Source: an uncultured Acidobacteriaceae bacterium (lineage in GTDB: Bacteria > Acidobacteriota > Terriglobia > Terriglobales > Acidobacteriaceae). From it: DNA of 64,000 bases. Location: assembly GCA_963815175.1 (NCBI GenBank), contig CAWFGM010000038.1, forward strand, positions 57,492 to 121,491. Direction: 5' to 3'. Shown here one piece after another: positions 39,178-49,323 of this stretch (position 1 is its first letter; each line of letters opens with the position of its first letter). A program made the position numbers and the translations under genes. Below the pieces are notes generated by a model that was not told the origin of the DNA, did no database searches, and saw only the letters and a list, made by a program, of their open reading frames with translations.

Positions 39178-39237
39178 TTCGGCACGGATGATTGAAAGCC
39201 GTGCCACAAAGACTAAAGTGTCTGGGTGAGAACTGCC
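39178..39237. repeat. REP-like element with GGCACGG-N11-CCGTGCC hairpin; possible terminator of the ADOP gene
   Basis: The hairpin is at 39181-39205. The 22-nt ctaaagtgtctgggtgagaact (39213-39234) recurs with 1 mismatch at 60699-60720. Confidence 0.6.
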
Positions 39238-39585
39238 GGCTCATCGAATGAATCGAGAGTCAGATGGAAAGAGCAGTGGACTCCCACATCCTTTGTGAGG
39301 ATAAGAGAGGCAACCTGCGGAACCGGGTTTCTCAGGCAGATACTGAGGCCCTTCCGGGAGAGCTTTGGGCGGCACACTTAAAGCCATGCCCTTCGTGTGC
39401 CCTTTCTTGGAGCCGGTTGAACGCTTCTGCTAACCGGATGCGCTGCTAGAATCGGGTAAGGGGCACTGGCGGGACAAAAAGGAAGCAGGCGTCTATGACG
39501 CGCCGCAGATTCCCACGCAGGACACAGGACCGATGCGCGGAATAGGTATCGTTTCGCGGCTTAGTCTGCTGGAAGGAAGGAACGA

Positions 39586-41210
39586 TTGAGCAAAGACGAA
39601 AACTTTGACGTCTGCGTCATCGGCTCCGGCGCCGCCGGCGGCGTCATGGCGAAGGAACTGTGCGAGGGCGGCGCTAAAGTCGTTATGTTGGAAGCGGGAC
39701 GTGGCGTCCCTCTGCCGGAGTTGCTCTCCCACAAGTGGCCATACGAGTTGCCTTTTCGGGGATTCCGCGGTGAGAAGCAAGCGCCCTTCTATCAAGGGGA
39801 CATTGCAAAATCCATCGCCTATGCCGATTCAGATCACGTCTCGGTAGACCGGGTGCGCGCCCTCGGGGGCAGAACCCTGCATTGGAACGCCGTTACGTTG
39901 CGCTACGCCCCGAGAGATTTCAAAGAGTGGTCATTGCAGGGCATCGAGGAAGACTGGCCGCTGAGCTATGAGGAACTCGAACCCTATTACGATCGCATCG
40001 AACAGATCATCGGGGTTTGCGGCAACGACGATCATCTTGAAATCCTGCCTGCGGGAAAAAATTATCTGCCGCCCATTCCCTGGCGCTGCAGCGAACACAT
40101 CATGAAGCGGGCCACGAACGCGATGGGCATCCCGCTCATCGCGGTGCGCAAGGCAGTCCTTACCCGGCCCTTACGATCAGCGGCCGCCTTGCCATTATTG
40201 TGGCCACTGCATGGATGGATGCGACGTCGCGTCGATCTTCAGCACGCCCGATTGCATGTTGCCCAAAGCTCGGGCTACCGGCAATTTCACCCTTCGCCAG
40301 AATGCCCTGGCGCGCGAGGTCCTGGTCGACCGCGAAGGCCTGGCGAGCGCGGTCTCCTTCATCGACACCGAGACGCGCACGGAACAGCAGGTCAAGGCGA
40401 AGATCGTTGTGGTCTGTTGCTCCACCGTGGAGTCTGCCAGACTCCTGCTCAATTCACGCTCGCCTAAATATCCCGACAGGACTTGCCAATTCCAACGGCG
40501 TCGTCGGGCATCATCTCAACGGTCACCTGAATGAGTCGGTGAGCATTTATTTGGAGGAGCTCGAAGGGCAAAAGCCTTCCAACCAGGATGGCGCCACCGA
40601 TCACGTTTACGTGCCTCGTTACAACCAGCTTTTTGGCAAGACCGATTACGTCGGGGGTTGGGGCTTCCAAGTCAACTATTCGAGTTACATGTTCCCGCAC
40701 CAGGCCACCAGGCTGCCTGGCTATGGAGCTGCCTTTAAGGAGCGGGTGCGAAAAATGCAGCCGGGATATTTGTCCTTCGGTAGCTGGGGCAAGGTCACAT
40801 CCGATTACCGGAACTATGTGTCGGTCGATCCGGCCCGGGTGGACGCCCATGGAATTCCGACGCCGGTCGTGCATTTTCGTTTCAGCGAGAACGATCATGC
40901 TTTGTGGCGGGCCTCCATGCAGAGCATCCTGGAAGTTTCGTCCCACATGAAAGGCACGGTCTTCCCCAGTTTCGGTAACGCCCCCACTGGCTTTGCCAGC
41001 CACGAAGTAGGGACGGTTCGCATGGGAAAAGATCCGCGCACATCGGTGCTCAACAGCTATTGCCAGGCGCGGGAGGTAAAAAATCTTTTCGTCACCGATG
41101 GCAGCTGCTTCACCACCTCCAGCGAGAAGAATCCGACCCTTACAATCATGGCCCTGTCGTTGCGCGCTGCCGACTATATAAAGGAGCAACGAAAAAGAGG
41201 CGAACTATAG
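39586..41210 (+). pseudogene. GMC-family FAD oxidoreductase (gluconate 2-dehydrogenase flavoprotein-like), two frameshifts
   Basis: The FAD motif is DVCVIGSGAAGGVMAKEL. YDQRPPCHYCGHCMDGCDV is readable only in frame 2 (break near 40170). ...PTGLANSNGVVGHHLNG continues in frame 3 (break near 40475). The C-terminal part is HEVGTVRMG...NLFVTDGSCF. Confidence 0.85.
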
Positions 41211-41304
41211 TGGGCTGCGGGAAGAGCCTGGTTTCTGAAGGGTAGGGGCTTTTAGCGTGGGTTCTCACGCGGACACTTCGGTGCTGCTAGGATTCGGAAA
41301 GAAT

Positions 41305-41857
41305 ATGGAAAGAAGAGCAGTGCTAAAAATAGTTGCCCTCACCGCGTTATCACAAAAGCTGAACGCGCTGCCGGTTGCTGCCATGAGCCATATGCAGGCA
41401 GCATGCGGCTGCGCCAGCGGCTCCGTACACGTTGCAGTTCTTCAGTGAGGATGAAAGCCGCCTTCTCGACCAGCTCATGGAAATGATTATTCCCGCCGAC
41501 GACCACTCTCCGGGCGCGCACGAGGCCAAGACCAACCTGTTTGCCGACCTGATGGTGGCCACCAGCGACAACGCCGTCAAGAAACAATGGCAAGACGGGA
41601 TCCGCCTAATCCGCAAGGAGGCCACGGGCTCATCGCTGGCCGAGGCATTGCGCAGGGCCGCGGCCAACGAAGAAAATCCCACAACCGATCTGGAACGGTT
41701 CTTCGTGTTGCTGAAGCAGATGACGGTCAACGGCTACTACACTTCTGCGACGGGCATACATAAAGACATGGAATACATCGGTAATGCTTACCTCGTAGCC
41801 TTTCCAGGATGCACTCATGCCGGAACATCAGGAAGGATGAGTGTGCAGCCCGGTTGA
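41305..41857 (+). pseudogene. gluconate 2-dehydrogenase subunit 3-family protein, one frameshift
   Basis: MERRAVLKIVALTALSQ (Tat-like) is in ORF 41257..41448. The body is in ORF 41432..41857 (LQFFSEDESRLLDQLMEMIIPADDHSPGAHEA...NGYYTS). The two frames must be joined near 41420-41440. Confidence 0.7.
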
Positions 41858-41890
41858 ACGGTACGCCACCGTTTTTGCCTATGTTATAGT

Positions 41891-42970
41891 TTGAGCGAAT
41901 TCCCGGAGAGGGGCATAGCCCGGATGGGCGAAACGCCTTTAGACGTGTCGAACTACGCCGCGCTCGTTGGCAAAGACCTGCCCCAGCCTGAACAATTCAA
42001 TTACGACGTCACGCGCGATGGTATCCGTCACTTCGCCTACTGCATTCCCGATCCGAATGCTCTTTACCTTGACCAGGAATACGCCGCGACCACTCGCTGG
42101 GGCGGTATCATTGCGCCGCCCGGTTATCTCTACGCCCACGGGTCGCCGGCCTGGCTAGGCAAGATGCCGGGCATAAGAGATGCAGCCGGCAAGGAACTGG
42201 AAGGCAGCGACAACGCGACCGAGGCTTGGGAATTCTTTCGTCCCGTGCGTCCCGGCGATACGGTCTTTTCTTATGGCAGGATTGCCGGCATCGAGAAAAA
42301 GAAGTCGCGCAAACTCGGCGATGCCATTCTGGTTAATGAAGAGATGGGCTTCACCAATCAACGGGGAGAGATCGTTGCCCGCTTGAACTCGTTCACGTTC
42401 CGCTTCAATGCAGGGCGCGTTGCCGACGCGGGCACCATTGCGCAGACCTATCCGCCACTTGAGCCGGGTCAATACACGCGGAATATTCCCACGCCGCCGC
42501 TCCTGCCTGGTACCTTCCCCACGCCCACGCGCCGCTACGACAAACCACGCTACTTCGAAGACATCGCCGAGCAGGAAGAGCTTCCACCGTGGAAACTTGG
42601 ACCCTTGATGGCTTTTGACATTGGGCGGTTCAATGCGGTCACCATCGGCACCGGTTTCGACCGCATCGGCCGCGACGGCCATGTCCCCGATGCTTTCGCG
42701 CCCGGCGTCCTCCGCATTCAGTGGTTCGGAGCCATGCTCACGCGCTGGGCAGGCCCCAACGCATTCGTCACCAGGATTGCTCAGCGCAATGAGGAGTGGG
42801 TGCTGATCGGCTTCAAGATCATTTGTAGTGGGCGCGTCACGCGCAAATCCATCGTGGACGGCCGCTATCTTGTCGATCTCGAAATCGCCTGCCACAGCGA
42901 ACTAGGATTTCGCACCAACAGCGGAACCGCTCAGGTTGAATTCGAAAGCCGGGAAAGCCGGCGGGCCTGA
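41891..42970 (+). CDS. MaoC/FAS1-like double hot-dog dehydratase
   Basis: 359 aa. The N-terminal hot-dog block is IRHFAYCIPDPNALYLDQEYA...WGGIIAPPGY. A second hot-dog block is at the C-terminus. An alternative start is ATG 41924. Confidence 0.7.
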   Translation: MSEFPERGIARMGETPLDVSNYAALVGKDLPQPEQFNYDVTRDGIRHFAYCIPDPNALYLDQEYAATTRWGGIIAPPGYLYAHGSPAWLGKMPGIRDAAGKELEGSDNATEAWEFFRPVRPGDTVFSYGRIAGIEKKKSRKLGDAILVNEEMGFTNQRGEIVARLNSFTFRFNAGRVADAGTIAQTYPPLEPGQYTRNIPTPPLLPGTFPTPTRRYDKPRYFEDIAEQEELPPWKLGPLMAFDIGRFNAVTIGTGFDRIGRDGHVPDAFAPGVLRIQWFGAMLTRWAGPNAFVTRIAQRNEEWVLIGFKIICSGRVTRKSIVDGRYLVDLEIACHSELGFRTNSGTAQVEFESRESRRA

Positions 42971-42973
42971 CGA

Positions 42974-45178
42974 GTGGCCACTCCTACCGAATTCGTTAGA
43001 AGCAACTGGACCCCGCGTCTCACCCGCGCAGGATGGGAAGCGATCGCCAACCCGCGGCGCATTGCCCTGGTGGGCGCGAGCGGCCGGGAGAGCAGCGTGA
43101 GCTTTACCAGCCGTTTTCTGCAAACCAACGAGGATCTCGGCTTTACCGGGGATATTTTTCTCATCAATCCGACTCGATCGGAGATCATGGGCCGCAAATG
43201 CTGGCCGAACCTTGCCGCATTACCCCAGCCTGCTGACATGGTGGCTATCAATCTTCCCGACGAAAAAGTCTTGACGGCGGTGGAGGAGGCGATCGCGCAC
43301 GGCGCCCGGGCGCTCATGATTCATTCCGGCGGCTTCCTCGAACGGGGCTCGGCCGGCGCGGAACGTCAACAGCAGCTGCAGCGCCTGTGCGCGGACGCGC
43401 GCATTCCAGCGCTGGGGCCGAACTGTCTCGGCTTTCTCAGCTTCACCAATCGCGTGTCGATCTCGAGCTTTAAGATTGTCGGCAACATAGCGGGTTCGGT
43501 CGCAGCAATCAGCCAAAGCGGATCGGTCGCGTCTCTATTGCAGGCCATTGCCGGGCGCCACGGCCTTTCCTTCCTTGCCTCCACCGGCAACGAAGCGGTC
43601 ACCGGCGTCGAAGATTTGATCGCCTATGCGATTGACGATCCAGCCACCCGGCTTATCGTGGCCTTTGTCGAACAGTTCCGCAATCCGCCGGCGTTGTTTG
43701 CCCTGGCGGAACGCGCCCACGCAGCCGGAAAGCCGGTCATCTTACTCAAGGCCGGACTCACCCAGGAGGGTGGTGCGGTATCGCGCGGGCACACCGGTGC
43801 GATGGCAGGGCCGGGGGCGGTCTATCGGCAGGCTCTGAGCCAGGCGAATTTCATCCTCGTCGAAGACTTCGACGAGCTGGCGCAGACGGTGGAACTGGCG
43901 GCGGCGTGGTCAGCGCGTACGTCGTCGTTTCGCGTGGGCATGCTGGGAACTTCGGGGGGTGAACTCAGCACTGTAACCGATCAGTGCGTGGAGCGTGGCG
44001 TGACCTTGCCGGAGCTCTCAACGGAGACGGTGACGGCCTTGCAAGGCGTGCTTCAACTGCCTGCGGATGTGTGGCCGCGTAATCCCGTCGATGTCGGCAT
44101 TGGCTTCAATGTTCCCGGCAGCTATCAGGACCGCATGCGGCGCGCGATCCGGGCGGTCGCAGCCGACCCTTCCGTGGACATCGTCGCCGTGCTCCAGGGT
44201 TTTCATCGCGATAACGCGGACCTGACGTATTCGTTTAACCGCGAGATGTTGGGCGCCGCCGCCAAAGAATCTTCGCTCATTGAAAAGCCCATGCTGGTGA
44301 TGGCCACTCGGGGCGGTTCTGTCGATGATGAGGTGATGATGGAAGTCAGGACCGCCAACATCCCGGCGCTCGAAGGCAGCCGCGAAGCGTTGCGAGCCAT
44401 CCGCCACCTCGCGACTTATGTGCAACGGCTGGCGCCCCGCATCCATATGCGTTCACCGGTTTTGCCTCCGACAGACGAGGTTGTTACTGCCATCCTCACC
44501 GGCAGAGAGACCGCAACTGGGCAAGCCGATCTCTTTCCATATCTGGCCGGCGTGGGATTGCCCGCGCCTCCCATACGTCGCGTTGCCGGCAAGGCGGAAG
44601 CCGAGCAAGCGGCCCGCGATCTCGGATCACCGGTGGTGATGAAAATCGACACCGCACGCGTTGTCCACAAGAGCGATGTTGGCGGAGTTGCGCTCGGCGT
44701 CACACCGGAGACGGCGGCCCAGACCTACGACCGTCTCCTGACCTGTCTCGACCCACCGCTGGGAAGCTTTGCCGGCGAAGGGGTGGTGGTTGCCCCGCAA
44801 ATCGAGGGCGGCATCGAGGTCTTTGTCGGCGCCAAGGCGGACGAGAGCTTTGGCTTCGTAGTCGTCTTTGGTCTTGGCGGGCGGCTGCTCGAGATTCTGG
44901 ATCGCAGCGCGATGCTCGTACCTCCGTTCGACCACGCGGAGGTTCTTGATTTGATAGAACGCAGCGGCATTCGCCCGCTGCTGGACGGTTTCCGCGGCGG
45001 CCCCAGAGCTGATTTCGATCAACTGGCGCAGGTGATTCAGCGTGTGGGCCGGCTTGCGGCAGCCATCGGCAAACGGCTCGAGGTGCTGGAACTGAACCCG
45101 GTCATCGTCAACGCCCGGCACCCCGGTGGGATCATCGCCGATGCCCGTCTTCTGCTCTTCCCGAGGCCTCACCTATGA
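42974..45178 (+). CDS. ADP-forming acyl-CoA synthetase (acetate--CoA ligase family; CoA-binding + ligase-CoA + ATP-grasp domains)
   Basis: 734 aa. The domains are RIALVGASGRESS (CoA-binding Rossmann), the GHTGAMAG phosphohistidine loop and a C-terminal ATP-grasp (VVMKIDTARVVHKSDVGGV). The GTG start is 3 nt after the upstream stop. Confidence 0.85.
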   Translation: MATPTEFVRSNWTPRLTRAGWEAIANPRRIALVGASGRESSVSFTSRFLQTNEDLGFTGDIFLINPTRSEIMGRKCWPNLAALPQPADMVAINLPDEKVLTAVEEAIAHGARALMIHSGGFLERGSAGAERQQQLQRLCADARIPALGPNCLGFLSFTNRVSISSFKIVGNIAGSVAAISQSGSVASLLQAIAGRHGLSFLASTGNEAVTGVEDLIAYAIDDPATRLIVAFVEQFRNPPALFALAERAHAAGKPVILLKAGLTQEGGAVSRGHTGAMAGPGAVYRQALSQANFILVEDFDELAQTVELAAAWSARTSSFRVGMLGTSGGELSTVTDQCVERGVTLPELSTETVTALQGVLQLPADVWPRNPVDVGIGFNVPGSYQDRMRRAIRAVAADPSVDIVAVLQGFHRDNADLTYSFNREMLGAAAKESSLIEKPMLVMATRGGSVDDEVMMEVRTANIPALEGSREALRAIRHLATYVQRLAPRIHMRSPVLPPTDEVVTAILTGRETATGQADLFPYLAGVGLPAPPIRRVAGKAEAEQAARDLGSPVVMKIDTARVVHKSDVGGVALGVTPETAAQTYDRLLTCLDPPLGSFAGEGVVVAPQIEGGIEVFVGAKADESFGFVVVFGLGGRLLEILDRSAMLVPPFDHAEVLDLIERSGIRPLLDGFRGGPRADFDQLAQVIQRVGRLAAAIGKRLEVLELNPVIVNARHPGGIIADARLLLFPRPHL

Positions 45179-45999
45179 GTTCTTCACCCCTCATTCACTG
45201 CCACACGGCGGAAGGCGTTGCCACGCTGACCATCGCGCGTCCTCATAAGCTGAACGCGCTGACTGACGACGTGATGAAAGAGCTGGTCGCAACGCTCGAT
45301 CGCATCGCGACCGATGAGTCCATCCGCGTCGTCGTGTTGACTGGCGAAGGCCGCGCGTTCTCCGCCGGCTTCGACGTGAGCATCGACCAGGACAAGCCCG
45401 AGCGGACGGCCGCCGGCTGGGCCGATCATTTTCGCCTTGGCTACTCTGGTCTCGAACGTCTTTGGTCGCTGCCCCAGCCGGTAGTCGCCAAAATTCGCGG
45501 CGCCTGCCTGGGCGGCGGACTTGCGCTGAGTCTTTCCTGCGATCTGGCCTATGCCAGCGAAGATGCCTTCTTTGGCGAGCCGGAGGTGAAGTTTGGCGGC
45601 AGCACCATGTCTCCGATTCTGGCTTGGGCTTTGTCTCCGCGTCACTTCAAGGAGCTGCTACTCACCGGCCGCCGTCTGGATGCGAAACTAGCCGAAGCGT
45701 GGGGATTGATCAACGAGGCGGTAAGCGCGGATGCGCTCGATGCGCGTGTCGATCAGGTGGTGCGCCACATGTGTCTTCTGCCCCCCGGCACACTCACCAG
45801 AAACAAAAGCCTTCTCAATCGTTTTTATGAAGTCATGGGGTATGCCACCCTGCTCGATATTTCGCAGGACCAGTCGATCATGGGTCTCAGTGCAGCGCCT
45901 GCCAACGAGTTCACGCGCATCGTCAAGGAGCAGGGAGTTTCCGCAGCGCTGGCGTGGCAAAAGAAGCGCTTTGCCGAAGTGGGAGCATTTGCCTCATGA
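45175..45999 (+). CDS. enoyl-CoA hydratase/isomerase (crotonase) family protein
   Basis: 274 aa. It has VVVLTGEGRAFSAGFD and the oxyanion-hole block ACLGGGLALSLSCDL. 4-nt overlap with the upstream gene. Confidence 0.9.
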   Translation: MSSSPLIHCHTAEGVATLTIARPHKLNALTDDVMKELVATLDRIATDESIRVVVLTGEGRAFSAGFDVSIDQDKPERTAAGWADHFRLGYSGLERLWSLPQPVVAKIRGACLGGGLALSLSCDLAYASEDAFFGEPEVKFGGSTMSPILAWALSPRHFKELLLTGRRLDAKLAEAWGLINEAVSADALDARVDQVVRHMCLLPPGTLTRNKSLLNRFYEVMGYATLLDISQDQSIMGLSAAPANEFTRIVKEQGVSAALAWQKKRFAEVGAFAS

Positions 46000-46787
46000 G
46001 CGGCCGCTGGTACAGAAAGACAGCGCGCTTTGGGGCATGGCTGCTGAGCGCAATTGTGCTGGTCTGTTTTTGGCAGTGGTACACCACAAAATTCGATGTC
46101 TCGCCCGCCATCTTTCCCAGCCCTCTAGAGGTTTGGCAATCCCTACGAGCGAATCTCGCCGATGGCACGTTGCTGAAAGATCTCGTGGTGACCCTGCGTG
46201 AGGTCATGATCGGTTTTTTTGGCGGTAGCTTGGTGGGCTTCTTCCTGGCCCTGGTCATCTCTGAATTTCGTCCCGTGCGCACCATTGTGTATCCGTATGT
46301 GATCGGCCTCCAATCTGTGCCCAAGACGGCGCTGGCGCCAATGTTTCTAATATGGTTTGGTTTTGGAATAGAGTCGAAGGTGGCGCTGGTCGTATCCACG
46401 GTGTTTTTTCCGGTTTTGATCAACACCCTGTCGGGGCTCGAGCGCACGGATCCGGATCAACTCGACATGCTGCGCGCTTATTGCGGGCGGCGCTGGCGTA
46501 TTTTCATGCGGGTGAAGCTTCCCAGTGCCTTGCCCGCGTTATTTGCCGGCCTCGAGCTGGCCATCGTCCTAGCGATCATTGCGGCGGTGGTGTCTGAGTT
46601 TCTCGGAGCGGTGGGCGGTCTTGGCTATCGTATCCTCACCTACAACACGGATCTGGACATGGCGGGCGAGTTCGCCGCGCTGGCGGTGTTATCACTCACA
46701 GGATTCGTATTGCACGGCATCGTTCGCCTCGTCGGTCAACGCCTGGTGTTCTGGGGGCATCGTGTTGACGGGGCACACGGCGCCTGA
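45996..46787 (+). CDS. ABC transporter permease (NitT/TauT/SsuC-like)
   Basis: ATG 45996 forms an ATGA overlap with the crotonase stop. It has six TM segments and an EAA-like loop (LDMLRAYCGRRWRIFMRVKLPSALP). Confidence 0.85.
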   Translation: MSGRWYRKTARFGAWLLSAIVLVCFWQWYTTKFDVSPAIFPSPLEVWQSLRANLADGTLLKDLVVTLREVMIGFFGGSLVGFFLALVISEFRPVRTIVYPYVIGLQSVPKTALAPMFLIWFGFGIESKVALVVSTVFFPVLINTLSGLERTDPDQLDMLRAYCGRRWRIFMRVKLPSALPALFAGLELAIVLAIIAAVVSEFLGAVGGLGYRILTYNTDLDMAGEFAALAVLSLTGFVLHGIVRLVGQRLVFWGHRVDGAHGA

Positions 46788-46799
46788 GGATTCCAGTTC

Positions 46800-47930
46800 A
46801 TGTCTTCATGGGAAAGCGAGGCCTTTCTGTATCCCAATCGCTCATCACGCCGCGGCTTCCTGAGCCGCCTCGGTATCCTTGCTGCATCGTGCGGCTTTGC
46901 GCAGGCTGGGCCACTGTTGGCTGGAGGTGGATCGCCGAGAAGAATCACGTATGCGGTCGCCACCGCCGATCTGAATGTCGGTTATCCCTACGCAACGCTC
47001 CCCAAGGCCCTGGGCTACTACCAGCAGGAAGGCCTTGATGTTGAGATTGTGCCGGGCCAGTCGTCCGCGGCGGTTGCGCAATTGCTTCTTTCCGGGCGAG
47101 CGGATGTGGGGCTGGCGCAGCCGGACCCGATCGTGATTCAGCGCGTCAAGCTGAGAGTTCCGCTGGTTTCGTTCTACGCTGTCTGCCGGCGCGAGACCAA
47201 CCGCATCGTCGTCAACCCGAATTCGCCTATTCAATCGGTACACGATCTCAAGGGCAAGAGGGTGGGCGTAAATGATCTGGGCAGCGGCAGCGCGACGTAT
47301 CTCCGAGCCAGCCTCAAACAGGCTGGCATGAGTATCAACGATGTGCAACTACTCAGCGTCGGTTACGGAACGCCGTCCTTCGAAGCATTAAAGAACAAAA
47401 GCGTGGACGCGGAAGTCACGTTCACCGGAGGCATCGCCCGCCAGCGGATCGCCGGATACGCAGTGCGAGTGCTGCCCGTACCGGCCGCCGAAATGGACCA
47501 GTACAGTTACAATTTGTTCGCCGCCCAATCCTTCATTGCCAAGAACCCGGATGTTATCGCGAAAGTGGGGCGAGCCACGGCAAAGGCCACCGTCTTTCTC
47601 ATGACCAACCCCGAGGCCGCTGTCCGCGCCTTTTGGAAGCAATATCCCGATCGCGCGCCAAAAGACAGGAATGACCCAAAGACGCTCGCGACGGATCTCG
47701 CCATTATCAAGGCACAGATCGTGGATATGGGAGCGGATCAACTCCCGGTAGATTTTGCGTGGGGCAGCCAGCAGGCTGCGATCTTTGAGAAGATTGAGGC
47801 CTACCTCGTGAATGCCGGACAGATTTCCGCTCCCATCTCTCCGACCGAGTTGTTCACCAACGCGTTTGCTGCCCAATATAATCAGTTTGACCATTCCATG
47901 ATCGTGAACCAGGCGCGCAACTGGAAATAA
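46800..47930 (+). CDS. ABC transporter substrate-binding protein (NMT1/SsuA/TauA-like), Tat signal
   Basis: 376 aa. SRRGFLSRLGILAASCGFAQA is the signal. The fold-type blocks (GRADVGLAQPDP, KGKRVGVNDLGSGS) are typical of NitT/TauT binding proteins. Confidence 0.8.
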   Translation: MSSWESEAFLYPNRSSRRGFLSRLGILAASCGFAQAGPLLAGGGSPRRITYAVATADLNVGYPYATLPKALGYYQQEGLDVEIVPGQSSAAVAQLLLSGRADVGLAQPDPIVIQRVKLRVPLVSFYAVCRRETNRIVVNPNSPIQSVHDLKGKRVGVNDLGSGSATYLRASLKQAGMSINDVQLLSVGYGTPSFEALKNKSVDAEVTFTGGIARQRIAGYAVRVLPVPAAEMDQYSYNLFAAQSFIAKNPDVIAKVGRATAKATVFLMTNPEAAVRAFWKQYPDRAPKDRNDPKTLATDLAIIKAQIVDMGADQLPVDFAWGSQQAAIFEKIEAYLVNAGQISAPISPTELFTNAFAAQYNQFDHSMIVNQARNWK

Positions 47931-47931
47931 C

Positions 47932-48732
<801 letters not shown>

Positions 48733-48833
48733 CGGAACCGGGGAAGGTTGAGGGGGGACTCTACTCTTCCCCGACTAGTACTCCGTCACATGCGCTTCGG
48801 CGTGAATGTGCATCACTCGCCCGTGCGCGTGCC

Positions 48834-49163
48834 CTAGTCGAATTGTAGCGTGGCGTTGTGGAGCGTGAGTGAGGTTAAGAAAGTCTTGTTGTCCTTGAGG
48901 TCTGTCAGCTCAGATTCGGTGTCGTTCCGTCCTTCGACGACACGCGCGGGAACGGTTTTGGACCATTTGCCGCGAGTGAACGTCACCTGCGCATTTGTAT
49001 CCGGTCCAGTCCACACGACCTTGTAGTCCCCCTTGGGCAGTTCGGTGGTTCCTACCGTAATATTGTTGTCGATTACGACGTTGCCAGAGTTTTTGGAGGC
49101 GGCGTTCGCAGCGAATGGAAGGATAGCGAGGATGAAGGTAAAGCCCAGGACTCGTTTCGTCAT
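48834..49163 (-). CDS. small secreted hypothetical protein
   Basis: From ATG 49163 the protein begins MTKRVLGFTFILAILPFAANAA (signal peptide). The mature part is about 87 aa and beta-rich. No family recognised. Confidence 0.55.
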   Translation of the reverse strand: MTKRVLGFTFILAILPFAANAASKNSGNVVIDNNITVGTTELPKGDYKVVWTGPDTNAQVTFTRGKWSKTVPARVVEGRNDTESELTDLKDNKTFLTSLTLHNATLQFD

Positions 49164-49323
49164 GTTCAGTCTCCTTGATCTGCTTCCGGTCTTCGACCGT
49201 TTAGAGAAGCATTCCCTCAATTAGAAACGCGCCGCTGCGTACTTAATCTTAATAATTGTTAAGCTGCCTAGAGAATTGTTAAGCTCGCGATCGTAATCAA
49301 GCCACCGTCATTGCGAAACTGCT

